64,000 nt of DNA, taken from positions 64,001-128,000 of the forward strand of contig CAXXWX010000026.1 of assembly GCA_963675745.2 (NCBI GenBank), given 5' to 3'. Position numbers and translations under genes: made by a program. Positions 19,732 to 33,933 of this stretch are shown here, piece after piece; position 1 is the first letter of the stretch; the number at the start of each line of letters is the position of its first letter. A model generated the notes under the pieces. The model made no database searches. It saw only the letters and a program-made list of their open reading frames with translations, and was not told the origin of the DNA. The DNA comes from Phycisphaerae bacterium (lineage in GTDB: Bacteria; Planctomycetota; Phycisphaerae; UBA1845; Fen-1342).

Positions 19732-21353
19732 GACTTCTCCTTGCGTTCGGGCTGGGGCCGAACCTCCGTTTCGACTTCCGGCTTGGACTCGGGCTCAGGC
19801 TTGGGCTCGGTTTTGGCTTCGGGCTTGGGCCGGAAGCGAGCAAGACATTGGCGGGCGATTTGGACAATCGTCTCGCGATCCTCGTCGCTCAACTCTTCGG
19901 CGGTATCCAATCGCTCGCGCACCTCCGCCGGGATGCCCGCCGCCGCCTCGCGCAGGGCGTGCTCGGCGTCCGTCATTTGGTCAATCGGCACCGAGTCGAA
20001 GAGTTCCGCGGTCAACGCCAGCAGGATGGCGATTTGCTCGCGCACGGACACCGGGGCGCATTCCGGCTGCTTTAAGCAGGCGCGGATTCGCCGTCCATGC
20101 TCGATGATCTTGACGGTGTCTTCATCAAGGCGGGCGCCGAACCGCGCAAACGTCTCGAGTTCCTCGAACTGGGCGTAGGCGAGCTTGAGGTCGCCCGCTA
20201 CCGCGCGGTAGGCCGCCCGTTGCGCCTTGCCGCCGACGCGCGAAACGGATTTACCGACATCGACCGCGGGTAGCACGCCCAATTCGAACAGCGACGGCGA
20301 GAGGTAAATCTGCCCGTCCGTGATGGAAATCAGGTTGGTCGGAATGTAGGCGGAGATGTTCTGCGCTTCGGTCTCGATGATGGGCAGGGCGGTGAGCGAG
20401 CCGCTACCGAGTTCCTTGCGCAAGTGCGTCGCCCGTTCCAGCAGCCGCGAGTGAATGTAGAAGATGTCGCCGGGGAACGCTTCGCGTCCGGGTGGTCGGC
20501 GGAGCAGGAGAGAGATTTCGCGATAGGCGCGCGCGTGATGGGTGAGATCGTCGTAAACGATCAGCACATCTCGGCCCGCTTCCATGAAAGACTCCGCGAT
20601 GCTGGTCGCGGCGTAAGGAGCGATGTAGGCGAGACCTGGCGGGTCGTTGCCCTCGGTCACGACCATGAGGGTGTAATCCAGCGCGCCCTTTTCCCGCAAG
20701 GTTGCCAGGGTTTTCGCGACAGCGGACGCGCGCTGACCAATAGCACAATAGACGCACAGGACATTCTGGCCGCGCTGGTTGAGGATGGTATCGATCGCAA
20801 TGGCAGTTTTGCCCGTCTGGCGGTCGCCGAGGACCAACTCGCGCTGGCCGCGCCCAACGGGAATGAGCGCATCGATGACTTTGAGGCCGGTCTGGAGCGG
20901 CACGGTGACGGGCGCGCGGTCCATGATGGGCGCGGCGGGGCGTTCGATGGGCAGGCGCTTGCTGGCGGCCACCGGCCCGTTGCCATCGAGTGGCCGACCC
21001 AGCGGGTCGATGACGCGCCCCAGCAATCCGTCGCCCACGGCCACGTCCATGACCCGGCCCGTGCGCTCGGCTTCATCGCCTGCGTGCAGATGCCAGTATT
21101 CGCCGAGCAGTACGATGCCGATTTCGTCCTCGTCCACGTTGAACGCGATGCCGAACACGCCGCCGGGAAATGTCACCAGCTCGTCAAAGCCCACGCCGGG
21201 AAGGCCGGAGACCCGGGCAATGCCCGTGGATACGCTGGTGATCGTGCCCACCTCGTGCGGCGTCAGTTGCGGCGTGAAGGCTCCCCGCACTTCGCTTATT
21301 CCAGCGAACGTGCGGTCGAAGACACTCTGCAAGCTCTCAGGCGCAGTGTTCAT
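19728..21353 (-). CDS. atpA: N-ATPase alpha subunit
   Basis: 'GDRQTGKT', '[12 protein letters not shown]', '[11 protein letters not shown]'. Confidence 0.97.
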   Translation of the reverse strand: MNTAPESLQSVFDRTFAGISEVRGAFTPQLTPHEVGTITSVSTGIARVSGLPGVGFDELVTFPGGVFGIAFNVDEDEIGIVLLGEYWHLHAGDEAERTGRVMDVAVGDGLLGRVIDPLGRPLDGNGPVAASKRLPIERPAAPIMDRAPVTVPLQTGLKVIDALIPVGRGQRELVLGDRQTGKTAIAIDTILNQRGQNVLCVYCAIGQRASAVAKTLATLREKGALDYTLMVVTEGNDPPGLAYIAPYAATSIAESFMEAGRDVLIVYDDLTHHARAYREISLLLRRPPGREAFPGDIFYIHSRLLERATHLRKELGSGSLTALPIIETEAQNISAYIPTNLISITDGQIYLSPSLFELGVLPAVDVGKSVSRVGGKAQRAAYRAVAGDLKLAYAQFEELETFARFGARLDEDTVKIIEHGRRIRACLKQPECAPVSVREQIAILLALTAELFDSVPIDQMTDAEHALREAAAGIPAEVRERLDTAEELSDEDRETIVQIARQCLARFRPKPEAKTEPKPEPESKPEVETEVRPQPERKEKS

Positions 21354-22171
21354 TGGCTCTTCGTTTCGGCCTTGGGTTTTTCAGGCTTAGGCTGGGCTTT
21401 GGCTTCAGGTTTGTCCTTCTCTTTCAGAAGTTCGCCGACGCCCTTTTCCAGCGACGCGAGGTAATTCGCGATGCTCCAAGCCACCTTTTGTCCATTCGTG
21501 GTGAGTTCGATCCCGCTGACCAGGTCCGGCGCGGTCTGGAACCGGACGTGGATTTCAGCCGAGAAGGTTTCGTTAAGCGCATTTTGTATCGCCGCGCGTT
21601 GCTCCGCAGGCAGGTCAAACGCGCTCCGCACGAGCGCGGGGTCAGACGCTGTCTTGAGGGCCTCGGCGAGAACTGCTTTCGCCTTGGCGTCCATCTCTCG
21701 CAAGCGGCGAGTGAACACTTCGCCCAGGCGCTCTTCCAGACTCGTCGTGGCGAGATCCGTCAGCGCCTTTCGCGCGATGGCAAACACCTCCTGCTGCGTC
21801 CGGCGACTGATGGTTTGGTTTAGGTTATGGGCTTCATTTTTCAGCGCTTCCTGTCGCTTGGCACTCAAGGCGTCGGCCGCCTTCCGCGCTTCGTCGAGGA
21901 GCCGCTGACGTTCGGCTTTCGCCTCGTCCGTCGCCTTGCTCAAGAGCGCGGCGCGCTGCTGGTCGAACTCCTCGTTCTTGTGCTGGAACTCGTCGCGCTC
22001 CTTTTGGGCTTCGGCTTTTTTCGCGTCGGCGTCCGCGAGTTCCGTGGCGATCCGCTTCTCCCGCGCGTCGATGGCATGGAGGATGGGCTTGTAAAGAAAG
22101 CGCTTCATCAACCATACCAGGATGAGGAAGTTGAGCGCCTGTGCTCCGACGGTGAACCAATCGATTAACAT
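21350..22171 (-). CDS. atpF: N-ATPase b subunit (long form with delta-like C-terminus)
   Basis: '[30 protein letters not shown]', coiled coil, C-terminal 'PDLVSGIEL...KVAWS'. Confidence 0.93.
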   Translation of the reverse strand: MLIDWFTVGAQALNFLILVWLMKRFLYKPILHAIDAREKRIATELADADAKKAEAQKERDEFQHKNEEFDQQRAALLSKATDEAKAERQRLLDEARKAADALSAKRQEALKNEAHNLNQTISRRTQQEVFAIARKALTDLATTSLEERLGEVFTRRLREMDAKAKAVLAEALKTASDPALVRSAFDLPAEQRAAIQNALNETFSAEIHVRFQTAPDLVSGIELTTNGQKVAWSIANYLASLEKGVGELLKEKDKPEAKAQPKPEKPKAETKSQ

Positions 22172-22175
22172 GGGT

Positions 22176-22457
22176 TCACTTTCCTGCAGCTTGGGCGATG
22201 ACGTGGTTCCAGAATGGGTTGGCGAAGATGAGAATCATCGAGACCACGAAGCAGTAGATGGCCGTGGACTCGATCATCGCCAGACCGACAAAGAGGGTCC
22301 GGGTGATGGTGGCGGAGGCGTCGGGCTGCTGCGCCAGTGAACTCAGCGCTGCCGAGACCGCGCGCCCTTCGCCCAACGCCGGCATCATACACCCCACACC
22401 GGTCGCGAGGCCGGCGGTGACGATCGAGGCGACGGCGATGAGGGTCATGTTATCCAT
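22176..22457 (-). CDS. atpE: N-ATPase c subunit with Na+-type motif
   Basis: 'PALGEG' in helix 1 and 'MIESTAIY' in helix 2. Confidence 0.95.
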   Translation of the reverse strand: MDNMTLIAVASIVTAGLATGVGCMMPALGEGRAVSAALSSLAQQPDASATITRTLFVGLAMIESTAIYCFVVSMILIFANPFWNHVIAQAAGK

Positions 22458-22487
22458 AGCGTGTCCTTTCGTTGATTCGTCGTTGTT

Positions 22488-23183
22488 TCAAGTCGCGGGC
22501 GCTGGTGCAGGCTTGGGCCTGCGAGTCCGCGTGGCGGCCGCGATGTAAACCGCCGCCAGGATGCTGAAGATGTAGGCCTGTACCATGCCGGTGAGCAGAC
22601 CGAGCGCAATCATGACGATCGGAAAGATGAAGGGGGTGATGGTCAGCAGAATGCCGATAATCATCGCCCCGCTCATCATGTTGCCGAACAGACGCACGGC
22701 CAGGGCCAGCGTGCGGGAGATTTCGCTGATGATATTAAACGGCAGCATGATGAACGTCGGCTTCAAATAGGATCCGAGGTAGCCGCCCAGCCCTTGCTCC
22801 TCGATGCCGAAGAGCGGCACGGCCACAAACACGCACAGCGCGAGTGCCGCGGTAGTCGAGAGCGAAGCCGTCGGCGGCTCGTAGCCGGGAATGACGGTGC
22901 AGAGGCTGGCCGTAGCGACGAACAGGAAGAGCGTGCCCAGAAAGCCGAGGTACTTCTTCGGGTGGTGAAGCCCCACCTCTTCGATTTGCTTCTCGATAGC
23001 GGTGACGACGATTTCCAGCAGGTTCTGCCAGCGGGAACGTTGCAGGCCCGTGGAGAGTTTGCGCGTAATGAGTTTTGAACCGACGGCCAGCACGAGCATC
23101 AGTCCCCACGTGAACACGATAGTGGCGTTGAGTTTGAGAAATCCGTGTTGCCAGAAGATCAACTGATCGGGACTAAGGCGCAT
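22488..23183 (-). CDS. atpB: N-ATPase a subunit
   Basis: 'SRTLALAVRLFGNM', 'VQAYIFSILAAVYI'. Confidence 0.95.
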   Translation of the reverse strand: MRLSPDQLIFWQHGFLKLNATIVFTWGLMLVLAVGSKLITRKLSTGLQRSRWQNLLEIVVTAIEKQIEEVGLHHPKKYLGFLGTLFLFVATASLCTVIPGYEPPTASLSTTAALALCVFVAVPLFGIEEQGLGGYLGSYLKPTFIMLPFNIISEISRTLALAVRLFGNMMSGAMIIGILLTITPFIFPIVMIALGLLTGMVQAYIFSILAAVYIAAATRTRRPKPAPAPAT

Positions 23184-23487
23184 GGCTGGCCTCCCTCACT
23201 GGGGGGTTGTGGTGCTCGACGGGCGGCCTGGAAAGCCGCGTCACGATGAAACGCGCGATGACGAATCCGAGCAGACAGGCCACCAGCCGCTCCCAATGAC
23301 CGCCCGCGACAAAGTAGAATCCGGTGAGGATGATACCGGTCCGCAACAGCAAGCTACCCAGAAACCAAGTCGCCGGATGCTTGGACAAAACGCCCTTGCG
23401 AACGGTCCACCAGAGGCCGCCGAAGAAAATTGCGCCGAGCAAAAGGCCCGCCACCAACGCAAGTGCCAGAGTCACAGGTTCATTCAT
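23173..23487 (-). CDS. atpR: N-ATPase AtpR subunit
   Basis: 'GAIFFGGLWWTVRK...SLLLR...LLGFVIAR'; lies between atpQ and atpB. Confidence 0.85.
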   Translation of the reverse strand: MNEPVTLALALVAGLLLGAIFFGGLWWTVRKGVLSKHPATWFLGSLLLRTGIILTGFYFVAGGHWERLVACLLGFVIARFIVTRLSRPPVEHHNPPVREASHAP

Positions 23488-23807
23488 CGTCATCCTCCGG
23501 TTCGTCCCGCATCGCCTTGTCTTCCTTGGCGACCCAATGCCACGCATTCAAACAGCCGATCGCGAGCCCGGCAGCCAACAGCGCCAGCGTCCAGGAATAG
23601 GCTCCCGGATGGCGCTGGTCCAACCAGCGACCGAGCGCTGCGCCCAGCAGTGTCGGCACGACCACCGACCAGCCGATAAGCCCCATCATGCCCAAGCCAA
23701 ACCAGACGCCCCGCGTGGAGTTGCGCCGCGCCTTGAGCTTGCGCGTCGCCTTCGCGCCGACCTGCCCGGCGAAGGTCGGCTCGATCTTCGAGGTTTTCTT
23801 TGGCTTG

Positions 23808-23815
<8 letters not shown>
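23480..23815 (-). CDS. atpQ: N-ATPase AtpQ (AtpZ/AtpI-like) membrane protein
   Basis: 'GLGMMGLIGWSVVVPTLLGAALGRWLD...GCLNAWHWV'. Confidence 0.85.
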
Positions 23816-25866
<2,051 letters not shown>

Positions 25867-26207
25867 TTATTCGCCATCAGTCCGGTTCAGGCGCACGCGT
25901 TGTCACGCTCATGTCCATTCCATCGCGGTTATTGTCTTCGCCACGCCTCTTTTCACCAGCAGCAGGCACCGCCGAGACCACTGCACGCCTCCACGGCGCT
26001 CCGGATCGTTGGCGCATGACGACATGGCCGCCGTAGTCTCCACCGCACGTACACGCCGATACAGTTGCAATCACTCCGTAGAGGCTGCATCCTTAGGCTC
26101 CTCCTGCGCTGGCCTCGGCTGTCCGAGATACTTGCCGACCACACGAAACCGGACAGCGTACCTGAGTTCTGTTGCCTGATTAGCCATGGAGGGATGCTGT
26201 CTCCTTC

Positions 26208-28619
26208 TCAAGCCCGAGATACTGGGCGACAAGCCGAATTGCCGCCTTTGGGGCTGCTCCACTTCCAGTTCCGGATTTCCGGCATGTCTTCGCCATGCCG
26301 GCCGATGTACTGCCGGTGCTCCAGAAGTTTGTCGCGAAGGGCTTGTTTGGCGTAGGCCGCGCGCGGGCCGAGGGCGAGCACACGATCGATGACGTCGGCC
26401 ACGAGGTGAAAGCGGTCCAGGTCGTTCATCACCACCATGTCGAACGGCGTCGAGGTGGTCCCTTCTTCTTTGAAGCCGCGCACGTGGAGGTTCTTGTGAT
26501 TGGTGCGGCGATAGGTGAGCCGATGAATCAGCCACGGATAGCCGTGGTAGGCGAATATGATCGGTTTGTCGGCTGTGAATAGCGTGTCGAAATCCCGGTC
26601 GCTTAAGCCCTGCGGATGTTCGCTTTGCGGTTGGAGCTTCATGAGATTGACCACGTTCACGACCCGCACTTTCAAGGCCGGAAAATGCTCGCGCAACAAC
26701 TGCACGGCCGCCAGCGTTTCGAGCGTGGGCACGTCGCCGCAGCACGCCATGACCACATCCGGCTCGCCTCCCTGGTCGTTGCTGGCCCACGGCCAGATGC
26801 CGAGGCCGGCGGTGCAGTGCTTGACGGCGGCGTCCATGTCGAGCCATTGCGGGGCAGGTTGTTTGCCGGCGACAATCACGTTTACGTAGTTGCGACTGCG
26901 CAGGCAATGGTCCGTCACGGAGAGCAGCGTGTTCGCGTCGGGCGGCAGATAGACTCGAACGATTTCCGCTTTCTTGTTTGCCGCGACATCGATGAAGCCG
27001 GGATCCTGGTGACTGAAGCCGTTGTGGTCCTGGCGCCACACATGCGACGAGAGCAGGTAGTTGAGGGAAGCAACAGGCCGACGCCATGGGATCCCACCCG
27101 CCACGTCCAGCCACTTGGCGTGCTGGTTGAACATCGAGTCCACGATATGGATGAACGCCTCGTAGCATGAGAAGAATCCGTGACGGCCGGTCAGCAGATA
27201 TCCTTCGAGCCAGCCCTCGCATTGATGCTCGCTCAGCATTTCCAGCACGCGGCCATCGGGCGCGACGTGATCGTCGCCGGGAACGATTTCAGCCGTCGAA
27301 CAGCGGTTCGTCACCTCGAAGGTGGCTCCCCAGCGATTCGAGGACGTTTCGTCCGGGCTAAAGACGCGGAAGGTGCTCGGATTCCGAGCGATCACGTCGC
27401 GGATCAACTCGCCCTGGACGCGGGTGGCTTCGGCGTCCACGGCGCCGGGCTTCGGCACCTTCACCGCGTAGTCGCGGAAATCCGGCAGGCGCAGATCTCG
27501 CAGGAGCAGGCCGCCGTTGGCGTGGGGATTGGCGCTCATCCGGCGCTCGCCCTTCGGAGCGAGGTCGGCAAGTTCGGGATGCAGTTTGCCGGCTTTGTCG
27601 AACAACTCCCGCGGACGGTAGCTTTTCATCCACTTTTCCAGAATCTTCACATGTCCCGGATGACTCATGTCGCCCATCGGCACCTGATGGGAGCGCCACG
27701 TGCCTTCCGTCGGTTTGCCGTCCACGGCCTTCGGGCCGGTCCAGCCCTTCGGAGAGCGCAGGATGATCATGGGCCAGCGGGGCCGTTTTTTGAACCCCTT
27801 CTCGCGGGCGTCACGCTGGATGCGCTGAATCTCACCGACCACCCTGTCGAGCGTGGCGGCCATGAGGCGGTGCATCTTCTCGGGGTCGTCACCCTCGACG
27901 AAGTACGGCGTATATCCGTAGCCGCGGAAGAGCGCCTCCAGCTCGTCGTGCGGAATGCGCGCCAGCACGGTCGGCCCGGCGATCTTGTAGCCGTTCAAGT
28001 GCAGGATGGGCAGCACGGCGCCGTCGTGGACCGGATTGAGGAACTTGTTCGAGTGCCAACTCGTGGCGAGCGGGCCGGTCTCCGCTTCGCCATCGCCGAC
28101 GACGCATGCGACGAGCAGGTCGGGATTGTCGAACGCCGCCCCGTAGGCGTGCGAAAGCGAATAGCCCAACTCGCCCCCCTCGTGGATCGAGCCCGGCGTC
28201 TCCGGCGCGACGTGGCTCGGAATACCGCCGGGGAAGGAGAACTGTTTGAACAGTCGCCTCAGCCCGTCCTCGTCGTGCGAGATGTTTGGATAAACCTCGT
28301 TGTAGGTTCCCTCCAGATAGGCGTTCGCCACCAATCCCGGCCCCCCATGGCCAGGCCCGGTGATATAGATAACGTTCAGGTCGTGCTCTTTGATGACACG
28401 GTTCAAGTGCACGTAGATGAAGTTCAGCCCCGGCGTCGTGCCCCAGTGGCCAAGCAGTCGCGGCTTGATGTGCTTCAGCGCAAGCTGTTTCTTCAGCAGC
28501 GGATTGTCGTAGAGATAAATCTGGCCGACCGAGAGATAGTTGGCGGCACGCCAGTAAGCATCCATCTTGTGGAGTAGTTCCGGGGTGAGCGTCGTTGATG
28601 TTGTTTTCACGTTTCGCAT
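26208..28619 (-). CDS. xfp: Xylulose-5-P/fructose-6-P phosphoketolase
   Basis: '[10 protein letters not shown]', '[11 protein letters not shown]', 'GDGEAETG', '[12 protein letters not shown]'. Confidence 0.97.
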   Translation of the reverse strand: MRNVKTTSTTLTPELLHKMDAYWRAANYLSVGQIYLYDNPLLKKQLALKHIKPRLLGHWGTTPGLNFIYVHLNRVIKEHDLNVIYITGPGHGGPGLVANAYLEGTYNEVYPNISHDEDGLRRLFKQFSFPGGIPSHVAPETPGSIHEGGELGYSLSHAYGAAFDNPDLLVACVVGDGEAETGPLATSWHSNKFLNPVHDGAVLPILHLNGYKIAGPTVLARIPHDELEALFRGYGYTPYFVEGDDPEKMHRLMAATLDRVVGEIQRIQRDAREKGFKKRPRWPMIILRSPKGWTGPKAVDGKPTEGTWRSHQVPMGDMSHPGHVKILEKWMKSYRPRELFDKAGKLHPELADLAPKGERRMSANPHANGGLLLRDLRLPDFRDYAVKVPKPGAVDAEATRVQGELIRDVIARNPSTFRVFSPDETSSNRWGATFEVTNRCSTAEIVPGDDHVAPDGRVLEMLSEHQCEGWLEGYLLTGRHGFFSCYEAFIHIVDSMFNQHAKWLDVAGGIPWRRPVASLNYLLSSHVWRQDHNGFSHQDPGFIDVAANKKAEIVRVYLPPDANTLLSVTDHCLRSRNYVNVIVAGKQPAPQWLDMDAAVKHCTAGLGIWPWASNDQGGEPDVVMACCGDVPTLETLAAVQLLREHFPALKVRVVNVVNLMKLQPQSEHPQGLSDRDFDTLFTADKPIIFAYHGYPWLIHRLTYRRTNHKNLHVRGFKEEGTTSTPFDMVVMNDLDRFHLVADVIDRVLALGPRAAYAKQALRDKLLEHRQYIGRHGEDMPEIRNWKWSSPKGGNSACRPVSRA

Positions 28620-28622
28620 GAA

Positions 28623-30896
<2,274 letters not shown>

Positions 30897-30897
30897 G

Positions 30898-31971
30898 TTA
30901 GCGCCCTTTATTAGCAGCCAGGGGGAGGCCGAGAACGCTGCAAACCGCCTTCGCGATCATCCGTTCTTCATCCGTGCGAATGACGCGGACCGCTACCCGG
31001 CTGGTAGCCGCCGAAATCACGCCCTCATTCGCCGCGTTTCGCTTTTCTTCGAGTTCGATTCCAAGGAACCCCAGCCCAGCGCAAATCCGGGCGCGGACCG
31101 GGGGTGCGTTCTCCCCGATGCCGCCCGCGAACACCAGCGTGTCCAGTCCGCCCAACGCCGCCGCAAATGCGCCGATCCACTTCTTGACCTGGTAGCAAAA
31201 CAGCGCGACCGCTTCGGCCGCCCGCACGTCCTGCGCTTCACGATCAAGCAAGTCACGCATGTCGGAACTGGTCTCGGACACGCCGAGCAGCCCCGATTGG
31301 GAATTGACCATCTCGCTGAGTCGTTTTGCATCGAGGCCCTCAGTGCGTGCGAAATACCAAAGCAGTCCGGGATCGAGATCGCCTGAGCGGGTGCTCATCG
31401 GCACCCCGGCGGTCGGCGTGAAGCTCATGCTCGTGTCCACGGGTCTGCCGTCGCGCACCGCCGCCAAGCTGGCACCATTGCCGAGGTGGGCGAGGACGAC
31501 CCGGCCTTGTGCCGCTTCCGCTCCCGCCAGGCGGGCCAGTTCTCCCATGAGGAACGCATACGACAATCCGTGAAACCCGTACCGCCGCACCCCCTGCGCT
31601 TCGTAGCGGCGCGGGATCGGCAACAGCCGGGCCACGCGCGGCAGGTCATGGTGAAACGCCGTGTCGAAACACGCCACTTGCGGCAGGTCAGGGAACCGGC
31701 GATGAAACGCCTCGGTCAACAGGATCTCCTCCGGCAGATGCTCAGGATCGAATGGACTGAGCCGGTGCAGCTCCTCAACCATTTCCGGAGTGATTCGTTG
31801 CGGCTCGCTATACTGCGGCCCGCCGTGCACCACGCGATGCCCCACCGCCGTCAACCGATCACGCCCGCTGCGCTGCTCGATCCAATCCATCAGCGCGCCC
31901 AACGCCCCCACCGTCGCACCAAGCAGCCAGCGGCGGCTTTGACCAACTCGGGTTATCCGAAGCCAAGCCAT
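30898..31971 (-). pseudogene. ackA: Acetate/propionate kinase lacking its N-terminus (similarity starts near 31905)
   Basis: 'GHRVVHGG', 'FDTAFH', 'RRYGFHGLS', 'HLGNGAS', 'GGIGEN', 'TDEE' are present; the N-terminal 'NxGSSSxK' motif is missing. Confidence 0.8.
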
Positions 31972-32008
31972 GACGCCATTTTACGCGCTTCCGACCGGCG
32001 CTGAAGCT

Positions 32009-32164
32009 GGCGCCATTACGGCCGCGGCCCAGCACGATTGGCTGGACACCCGCTTCGTCCAGCCAGCGGCGGACCGATGAACGGTGCGCGTCGAGCAGTC
32101 CGGCGAGCGTCTTCAAGCTCACAGTGAGCCGCTGAGGCCTTTGGTGTGGGGCGGAAGCTGGCAT
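32009..32164 (-). pseudogene. Second, truncated copy of the excisionase-like HTH gene
   Basis: 'RLTVSLKTLAGLLDAHRSSVRRWLDEAGVQPIVLGRGRNGA' is nearly identical to 14761-14925; the 'RYRW' C-terminus is absent. Confidence 0.8.
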
Positions 32165-32321
32165 GGAAGTAGTGTCGCACACTGCCGCCCGCACAGGCTG
32201 CGATCTTCATGACTCTCCAGCGCCGTTTGCGGCCATGCGGCGACTACGGGTGAATGGCGTCGGACTGGTGGACGACCGACAGCGTCGCGGGTGTGTCCGG
32301 GTTGCTTTGATGCTGTTGGGT

Positions 32322-33464
32322 TTACGCAGGTGTGAGGCGCGCGGGTTCTTCAAGGACCGCGAGCAGTTCCCTCGCACAAAAGACCCGATCGCGGCGGCTC
32401 TTCGTTGTCTCGGACAAGATCCGTGCCTTCACGAGTTTGTCGATTGCTCGTTGCGCCGTGGTGAATGCGACCTTGAGGCGGCTCGCGGCGCCGTTCGTGG
32501 TGATGAACGGGTTCTCCGCGATGAGGTCGAGCGTGCGTTGGACATTCTGCGAGCCGGCCCCGGCGGTCTTCCTGCGCCACTTGGCAATCATCGCATTGAT
32601 TCGCTGTGATCGCCCGACCGCGTCTTCCGCCTGGCGCGCGACGCCATTCAGGAAGTACTCGAGCCACGGTTCCCATTCGCCGCGCTGCGTGATGCCGAGC
32701 AGCCGATCGTAGTACTCCCGCCGTGTCGCTTCGAAGAACGCACTCAGGCAGAGCAGAGGGGTGGGTAGCACGTTGCGTTCGATCAGCAAAACCGTGATGA
32801 GCAGGCGGCCAACGCGACCGTTGCCATCGAGAAACGGGTGGATCGCTTCGAACTGGCCGTGAATGAGCGCCGCATGAACGAGCGGCGGCGACTCCGCTTG
32901 GCGAAGCGTCTGCTCCCATTCCGCGAGGCAGTTCATCAATTCATCCGGCGGCGGCGGAACGTACGTCGCATTCGCGAGCGTGCATCCGGGCGGGCCGATC
33001 CAGTTCTGTGTGCGACGGAATTCTCCGGGCGTCGCCTGGTCCCCGCGAACGCCGCGCATGAGCTTCTCGTGAAGCTCGCGAACCAGCCGCAGTGACAGCG
33101 GCAGCTTCTTCAGGCGTTTGACGCCGTACTCGAGTGCGGCGACGTAGTTACCCACCTCACGCAGATCTTCAGCGCTTCGTTCAACCGTCGCCCCGGCTTC
33201 CGACGCGAGCAGTTCCCCAAGCGTCGCCTGCGTGCCCTCGATGCGGCTGGAAAGCACCGCCTCGCGGCGGACGAACGTATGGATGAGCACGTGGGGATTC
33301 GGGAGCTGCGCGCCCTCACCGGCCAGCCGGCCGATGAGCCGATCCGCATCCGAGAGCACGCGAACAAGCTTCGGAGACCATGTAATAGCCGGCGGAAGCG
33401 GATCGGGTACGAAGGCGATGTATCCGCTCTGGCTGCGAATCGCCCTGCCGGGGGGCTTGGTCAT
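32322..33464 (-). CDS. Fic family protein (N-terminal Fic_N/DUF4172-like region, Fic core, C-terminal HTH)
   Basis: 'EAVLSSRIEG' and the canonical 'HPFLDGNGRVGR'; GAGGAG RBS before ATG 33464. Confidence 0.92.
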   Translation of the reverse strand: MTKPPGRAIRSQSGYIAFVPDPLPPAITWSPKLVRVLSDADRLIGRLAGEGAQLPNPHVLIHTFVRREAVLSSRIEGTQATLGELLASEAGATVERSAEDLREVGNYVAALEYGVKRLKKLPLSLRLVRELHEKLMRGVRGDQATPGEFRRTQNWIGPPGCTLANATYVPPPPDELMNCLAEWEQTLRQAESPPLVHAALIHGQFEAIHPFLDGNGRVGRLLITVLLIERNVLPTPLLCLSAFFEATRREYYDRLLGITQRGEWEPWLEYFLNGVARQAEDAVGRSQRINAMIAKWRRKTAGAGSQNVQRTLDLIAENPFITTNGAASRLKVAFTTAQRAIDKLVKARILSETTKSRRDRVFCARELLAVLEEPARLTPA

Positions 33465-33933
33465 GTGTCTCTCCTCAGTTGCAGGGGCGAAAATAGCCGC
33501 ACCTGTTATTTTCGGAATCATAACGAATCGCAAATAGGGTCGCAATCTGCCAGCACCGCTTTGTGCTTGCGGGCAACCAATGCCGGATAGTGGGCTCAAC
33601 GCGACACGTATCACGCAACGCACCTCAGCCTGCCGATTTCGGACCTGTCGTGGCGCAATTCGGCCGATGCAGCCGTCGAGTTCGAGGACAGCAGGTCACT
33701 TCCGCACATGCCGAACGGGCCGTCAATTGAGGCGGGAATCCGCATATTTCGCTGTCAAACGACCGGGGCGACCGTCTATGCTGTAACGGTGGACGGCGAC
33801 CGCGCTCGGGGCCGACGCCCGGGGGTGCTGTAACCCGAGTCGGTGCAGCCACAGGGCGAGTCCGCGGCGCCGTAACCGGAGGGTTCTGACACGCGAAGTC
33901 ATATCTCCAATGCCCGGAGCAGGAGGATTTACC

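Noticed and set aside
33740..33930. Riboswitch upstream of the repeat protein
   Set aside because: No recognisable consensus (c-di-GMP, cobalamin, TPP, SAM) by eye; an Rfam scan would be needed.
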